In this document: positions 44,584-48,549 of the stretch, in pieces
Position numbering within the stretch: the stretch's first letter is position 1
How the letters are laid out: every line of letters starts with the position of its first letter
NCBI GenBank assembly: GCA_003696445.1
Contig: RFHE01000010.1
Coordinates: forward strand, 1 to 48,549
Length of the DNA stretch: 48,549 nucleotides
Direction of reading: 5' to 3'
DNA from: Calditrichota bacterium
Lineage (GTDB): Bacteria > Calditrichota > Calditrichia > RBG-13-44-9 > J042
Notes under the pieces: model-generated
Told to the model about the DNA's origin: nothing
What the model saw: the letters and a program-made list of their open reading frames with translations, nothing else
The model's database searches: none
Position numbers and translations under genes: made by a program

Positions 44584-45898
44584 CTTGCTCCACAAAAAAG
44601 ATGGCATGATGCAGGCTCTGCAAAAACAAGCCGGCCAAGACCCCGGTGAGGGGCATAGTAAACCAATCCAGATTAAAAATTAGCAAACCGAGGGCAAAAA
44701 TAAAGATGCCGGAAGAAAAACTGATTATCGGCCACCGGGCCAACAATACAGGACCGCGACGGGCAACGTGATTGACCCACAGCCCGGCAGCGAATCCCAG
44801 TGGCATGAACAGGCCCACAACCTGCAGTGGGGGCATCTTGGGAGAGACAGCCAGCAGGGCAGCCAACTGAACTCTGCTCTGCTGGCCGGTACTTAAAAAC
44901 CAGACCACCACTTGCAAACAAACCAGCAACAGATACAGGCCGAACAGAAAGCGCAGCCAATGGCGTTCCACAAGCAGATTGCGATATCGGGCCAATGCCT
45001 CCCGGTCGTAAAGGAGAATCTGGCCTGGATGAACCACCCGCGGCGCAGCCATTGCGGTTACTGTTAAACCAGCGGCAAAAGCAATTAAATCCACAAACAC
45101 CGGTTGGCGAGCGGGGATAAACAGCTGGCAGATTTCCAGAAAAGCAAAACCGGCAAAGGCTAGCATTAAAAGGGACAGCTGAAGGCGATGGAGCCTGCGC
45201 GATTCCCAATTTGTGGATGCAATGCGCAGCAGATAGCTGGCAAAAACCGAACCAACCAGCAAATACAGAAAAATGAATCCGTTTGCCAGATGGTAAACAA
45301 CGGGCTGCAGGGAAAAAAACACACCCAACCTGCGGGCTACCAAAGACCAGCGCAAACTAAAGTGGTAAGGGTAAAACTGAAAAACCAGAATCACAAGCCC
45401 CAGCACCACCAAAAACCGAAACTCCGGTCTGGGTAATTGGCGGCGAATCCACCGGTGAGCCGGGGACGGGAGTGCCGCTTTGACCAAATTGAAAAGAAAA
45501 AAACCCAGCCCACTGCCCAGGGTATTGGTGATCAGATCGTTGACCGAAGGAAACCGATTCACCGTTAACACCTGCACCGATTCTACCAGGATGCTCAACC
45601 CCAGCCCTGTAAGGGTAGCCAGGACCAAATGGCGAACAAACCGGTCTGAGCCCTGCAGGCTGGTCCACAAGGCGATTGAAGCGCCCAGGGGGATAAAAAG
45701 CAGGATGTTCAGTACCAGGTCGGCTCGGGGTGCAAACCCTCCGGTCGTGAAAAATGGGACCCAATCCACCTGGTGCCAGCGGGCCTGCAGGTTTACCCAT
45801 GTCAAATTAAACTGAAACGGATACAGGGCTACATAAACAATAAAGGCGGCATAACACAAGGTAAGATAAGCCGCCCAGGCATGAATACGCTGGGACAT
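44570..45898 (-). CDS. Polytopic membrane protein with two VanZ-like modules
   Basis: The VanZ-like motif appears twice (VESVQVLTVNRFPSVNDLITNTLG and LEICQLFIPARQPVFVDLIAFAAG), followed by a further TM-rich C-terminal third. Confidence 0.6.
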   Translation of the reverse strand: MSQRIHAWAAYLTLCYAAFIVYVALYPFQFNLTWVNLQARWHQVDWVPFFTTGGFAPRADLVLNILLFIPLGASIALWTSLQGSDRFVRHLVLATLTGLGLSILVESVQVLTVNRFPSVNDLITNTLGSGLGFFLFNLVKAALPSPAHRWIRRQLPRPEFRFLVVLGLVILVFQFYPYHFSLRWSLVARRLGVFFSLQPVVYHLANGFIFLYLLVGSVFASYLLRIASTNWESRRLHRLQLSLLMLAFAGFAFLEICQLFIPARQPVFVDLIAFAAGLTVTAMAAPRVVHPGQILLYDREALARYRNLLVERHWLRFLFGLYLLLVCLQVVVWFLSTGQQSRVQLAALLAVSPKMPPLQVVGLFMPLGFAAGLWVNHVARRGPVLLARWPIISFSSGIFIFALGLLIFNLDWFTMPLTGVLAGLFLQSLHHAIFFVEQDEAD

Positions 45899-45901
45899 AA
45901 A

Positions 45902-46915
45902 TTAATCCAAATGTTTCATTTTGCGCCACCACTGGGCCAATTCCTGCTCCCTGGGACGATAGCGATAATTGTCCGGGTCTGGGCCCGCGTAGGATTCAAC
46001 AAACCAGCGGATGGTGTCGCCCAACCACTGCTGTACCGGTGTAGGCCGAAAGCCGATCTCTTCTCCAGCCAGCGAGGGATCCAGAACTGAGACCCAGCGC
46101 CCACTAAAAGGTGAAATACTCTCTGGAATTTCATATTCGTGCATCAAGGATACGGGAATTTCCAAAACCTCCAGTGGCTTTTCCAGCAATCGTGCCGCCA
46201 GCTGAATAAACTGGTGGAGGGGCATCACTTCGTCCGAGGCCAGGTTGTAAACCTTTCCCCGGGTTTTCTCGACCTGAAATACAGAGAGAACGGCTTCCAC
46301 TACATCGCCCACGTACACATGGCGGATGGGTTTGTCGCCGCCTTCCGGTAGAATTACCGGCCCACCATCCATAATGCGCTTTATGTAGCTGTAAAGTCGC
46401 AGGGTGTAGTCCCTTGGCCCGTGAATAACCGGACAGCGAAATCGAACGGCCGGGAAGTGATAAAACTGGTAGGCCTCAACAAGTAAATCCTCGCAGGCTC
46501 GTTTTTGCACGCCGTAGCCGTATGGCCCCTCTTCCCCCGGAGGGCAAGGAATCAACGGCTGATAATAATCATCCTCTCGGGCAGGCTGGCGCCGATTCTG
46601 GGTGACCAGGTAAACCTGCCCGGTACTGATAAAAATGTACTGGCCGACATGGCCGCGAAAGGTTTTAATGGCAAATTCCACATCTTCCGGCTCGTAACCG
46701 ATTAAATCCACCACCACATCGAAGCGCCGGCGGTGAAACAGCTCGTAAAACTTTTTGTAGTTTTTCCGATCGCCCACGATGCGCTCTACCCGATCTTCAA
46801 AATCGTCGCCATGAATCCCCCGATTAAACACGGTGACATGAACCCCTTCCCTCAAAAGACGATGCACCAAATGATAGCCTAAAAAACGCGTTCCACCGAT
46901 AACCAGCACATCCAT
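45902..46915 (-). CDS. NAD-dependent epimerase/dehydratase family protein (extended SDR)
   Basis: Carries VLVIGGTRFLGYHL (Rossmann), FISTGQVY and YGVQK (YxxxK). Confidence 0.8.
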   Translation of the reverse strand: MDVLVIGGTRFLGYHLVHRLLREGVHVTVFNRGIHGDDFEDRVERIVGDRKNYKKFYELFHRRRFDVVVDLIGYEPEDVEFAIKTFRGHVGQYIFISTGQVYLVTQNRRQPAREDDYYQPLIPCPPGEEGPYGYGVQKRACEDLLVEAYQFYHFPAVRFRCPVIHGPRDYTLRLYSYIKRIMDGGPVILPEGGDKPIRHVYVGDVVEAVLSVFQVEKTRGKVYNLASDEVMPLHQFIQLAARLLEKPLEVLEIPVSLMHEYEIPESISPFSGRWVSVLDPSLAGEEIGFRPTPVQQWLGDTIRWFVESYAGPDPDNYRYRPREQELAQWWRKMKHLD

Positions 46916-47019
46916 CGTGCCCTACTCTCCCTGTTTTCGTTTGCCTGGTAAAAGTACCGATTCGGTATGGTCAGAGTTCCTTCAAATTCCAATCCCAAAA
47001 CAAACGCCAAATTTCTCTT

Positions 47020-48237
47020 TCATTCCTCTCTGTTTTCATCCCATAAATCCAAATGTAGCGAGGTTTCTAAGAACTGCCTGCCCGACCTGCTAGAGGGCTT
47101 TGAATTTGACGGATAGGTACAAAACGAGGCAATACGCTGGTAAATTTTTTCTGCACTAGCCCGCGGATGACTGCGGCAGGTGAGTGCTGGGAATTGCCTG
47201 GCCAGAGGCAGATCCCGCTCCAGCACCAGCTGGTGTTGAGGCCGTACCAGGGCCATTTGCTTTTCTGTGATCCGGCTGGCCAGGTAGCCCTGTTCGGTTT
47301 GTCCCGGTGTGGGAATAAACAGCGCTTTTTTTTCCAGAGTACACAACTCCATCAGAGTAGAGTAGCCAGGCCGGCTCACCACCAGCGCTGCTTGCTGAAT
47401 CAGCGCCCGGAATTGCTCGCGCGGCAGGTGGGCATACAGCATGTGCCGGCCCAGCCGTCGGCGCCAGCCGCTTTCCGGTCGCCCCAAAAGCACGCAGACC
47501 GGCCCACCGGAATAGTGCCGGAGCTGGGTCACAATTTTCTCCTCCAGCAGGCTTCTCTGCGGTTCCGGCCCGGAGATGGCAATGAACGCCTCCCACTCGG
47601 TCGCCTTTGGCGAAGACAAAGGCTCCAGGCTGGAGAGGGGACCCACAAATTCAAAGCGTTCCCGCCGCAGGGCCGGTGCACTAAGCAAACCACTAAGCTG
47701 TCCACCCTTGTGGTCCCGAAAATCGGGGACAAACACCCAGTGAAAACGGTTCAACAAAATCCTGTGCAATGCCCAGCCAACGCCAATGTAGCCTCGCCCG
47801 GGCAGCCCCAGGGCAAACTGGAGTTGGTGGGCCAGAAGGAAGGATGGCACCTGCCGGTGACACATGCCGTAACAGTGATCACTGAAAATGGCCTGGGGGC
47901 GGAATCGTTCCACCAGATGCCGGCATAACCGATTTTCCCGCAACACCGCGGTCAAAAATCCAGGGAATTGCCCAAGTAGCCGGAGCGGCAAAAGCGCCCC
48001 TCGCCGGCTATAACGCAACCCATAATCGTACCCTTCTGCCAAGGGCACCTGAGGCAGTTCTCGTTGCAAAAAAGTGGCCGCCCTGCCGGTGCTGACCAGC
48101 AGGACCTCCCACCCCTTCTCCAGGAAGGTGCGAATCACCGGCAGGCTCCGGGTGGCGTGCCCAAGACCCATGTTCAACACGGCAATCAGAATGCGTGGCT
48201 TGCTGCTCAAAAAACGCCACTCCTCTGCGAAATCCAC
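47020..48237 (-). CDS. GT-B glycosyltransferase (MurG/GT28-related, MJ1255-like)
   Basis: Carries ILIAVLNMGLGHATRSLPV near the N-terminus and a C-terminal nucleotide-sugar-binding-like region (SRPGYSTLMEL...FIPTPGQTEQ). Confidence 0.65.
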   Translation of the reverse strand: MDFAEEWRFLSSKPRILIAVLNMGLGHATRSLPVIRTFLEKGWEVLLVSTGRAATFLQRELPQVPLAEGYDYGLRYSRRGALLPLRLLGQFPGFLTAVLRENRLCRHLVERFRPQAIFSDHCYGMCHRQVPSFLLAHQLQFALGLPGRGYIGVGWALHRILLNRFHWVFVPDFRDHKGGQLSGLLSAPALRRERFEFVGPLSSLEPLSSPKATEWEAFIAISGPEPQRSLLEEKIVTQLRHYSGGPVCVLLGRPESGWRRRLGRHMLYAHLPREQFRALIQQAALVVSRPGYSTLMELCTLEKKALFIPTPGQTEQGYLASRITEKQMALVRPQHQLVLERDLPLARQFPALTCRSHPRASAEKIYQRIASFCTYPSNSKPSSRSGRQFLETSLHLDLWDENREE

Positions 48238-48549
48238 TCCACAACGGTGGCTACTACTTCCTCCAATACCTGCTGGTACCTGCGCCCGGTTCGCCGGGGC
48301 ACCTTAAAGGAATGATCCCCTTCCGCAATCAGGTGCAGGCGAACATCCCCATTCAACTGGCCAAGCACCTTTTTCAGTAAATCCAGACGGGCAAACCGGT
48401 CTTTTTCCCCCTGGATGAAAAGCATTGGCTTGTGTACTTGAAACAGGGGGGCATCTCGAAGCTGATCCGGTTTGCCCGGTGGGTGTAGTGGATAGCCCAG
48501 GAAAACCAGGCCCCTCAGGCCGGCTAATTCCGGGGCCACCAGCGCGGCG
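48207..48549 (-). CDS. Alpha/beta hydrolase (dienelactone-hydrolase-like), 5' end outside the window
   Basis: The frame stays open to the window edge (..AALVAPELAG). Carries LFIQGEKDRF and EGDHSF (catalytic His context). It overlaps the downstream GT start by 31 nt. Confidence 0.6.
   Translation of the reverse strand, partial: AALVAPELAGLRGLVFLGYPLHPPGKPDQLRDAPLFQVHKPMLFIQGEKDRFARLDLLKKVLGQLNGDVRLHLIAEGDHSFKVPRRTGRRYQQVLEEVVATVVEWISQRSGVF

Noticed and set aside
47167-47928. 253-aa plus-strand ORF opposite the glycosyltransferase gene
   Set aside because: This is a shadow ORF, and the GT-B motifs lie on the minus strand. The same reasoning applies to the other antisense ORFs in the track (for example 10025-10762, 15996-16718, 18217-18804, 27610-28173, 31107-31778 and 40271-40936).
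1-48549. CRISPR arrays, tandem repeats, IS elements, toxin-antitoxin or defence islands
   Set aside because: Scanning by eye turned up no repeat-spacer periodicity, no long direct or inverted repeats, and no nuclease, methylase or transposase-like ORFs. I did not compute GC or codon shifts, so subtle islands cannot be excluded.

Overview
The window is a 48.5 kb bacterial chromosomal segment with about 42 protein genes and one tRNA. Roughly 85% of the genes are on the minus strand, often with overlapping or nearly abutting start and stop codons. I saw no transposase, integrase, CRISPR array, prophage or rRNA. Shine-Dalgarno-like GGAGG boxes and a sigma70-like promoter are visible. I cannot assign the lineage from sequence alone.

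Gene content, left to right:
- UDP-xylose/deoxysugar genes: a DUF309 gene, a UDP-glucuronate decarboxylase and a short RmlC-like cupin.
- A minus-strand array of gpgS-EIIA fusion, ltaE, trkA, trkH and an orphan Opp/Dpp-type ABC ATPase.
- pfp (PPi-dependent PFK), metF, a serine-palmitoyltransferase-like alpha-oxoamine synthase and a GNAT-like protein.
- korAB plus a divergent eukaryote-type citrate synthase.
- A plus-strand prkA-yeaH-spoVR operon with an uncharacterised fourth gene, then tRNA-Gln(CTG).
- mutM, DUF62 SAM hydrolase, ybbR-like, tsaD and a VWA membrane protein.
- lpd.
- An A2-type caa3 cytochrome oxidase cluster in the order sco, ctaD, ctaE, subunit IV, ctaC(cyt c), ctaB.
- A VanZ-like gene, an M1 zinc peptidase fused to a predicted outer-membrane beta-barrel, and dinB.
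- Envelope-type genes: a TPR lipoprotein, a tandem-VanZ membrane protein, an SDR epimerase, a glycosyltransferase and a truncated alpha/beta hydrolase.

Best leads:
1. A glucosyl-3-phosphoglycerate synthase carrying a C-terminal PTS-EIIA(Ntr-type) domain with the phosphorylatable His context intact.
2. An orphan Opp/Dpp-family ATPase 48 bp downstream of trkH, which would fit a SapD/TrkE-like partner. Together with lead 1 this suggests a K+/compatible-solute regulatory module.
3. The M1 peptidase with a roughly 370-aa amphipathic beta-strand C-terminal domain.
4. The extra gene in the PrkA-YeaH-SpoVR operon.
5. The SPT-like synthase paired with a GNAT-fold protein.

All functional calls rest on motifs I recognised by eye. 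No database search was run.
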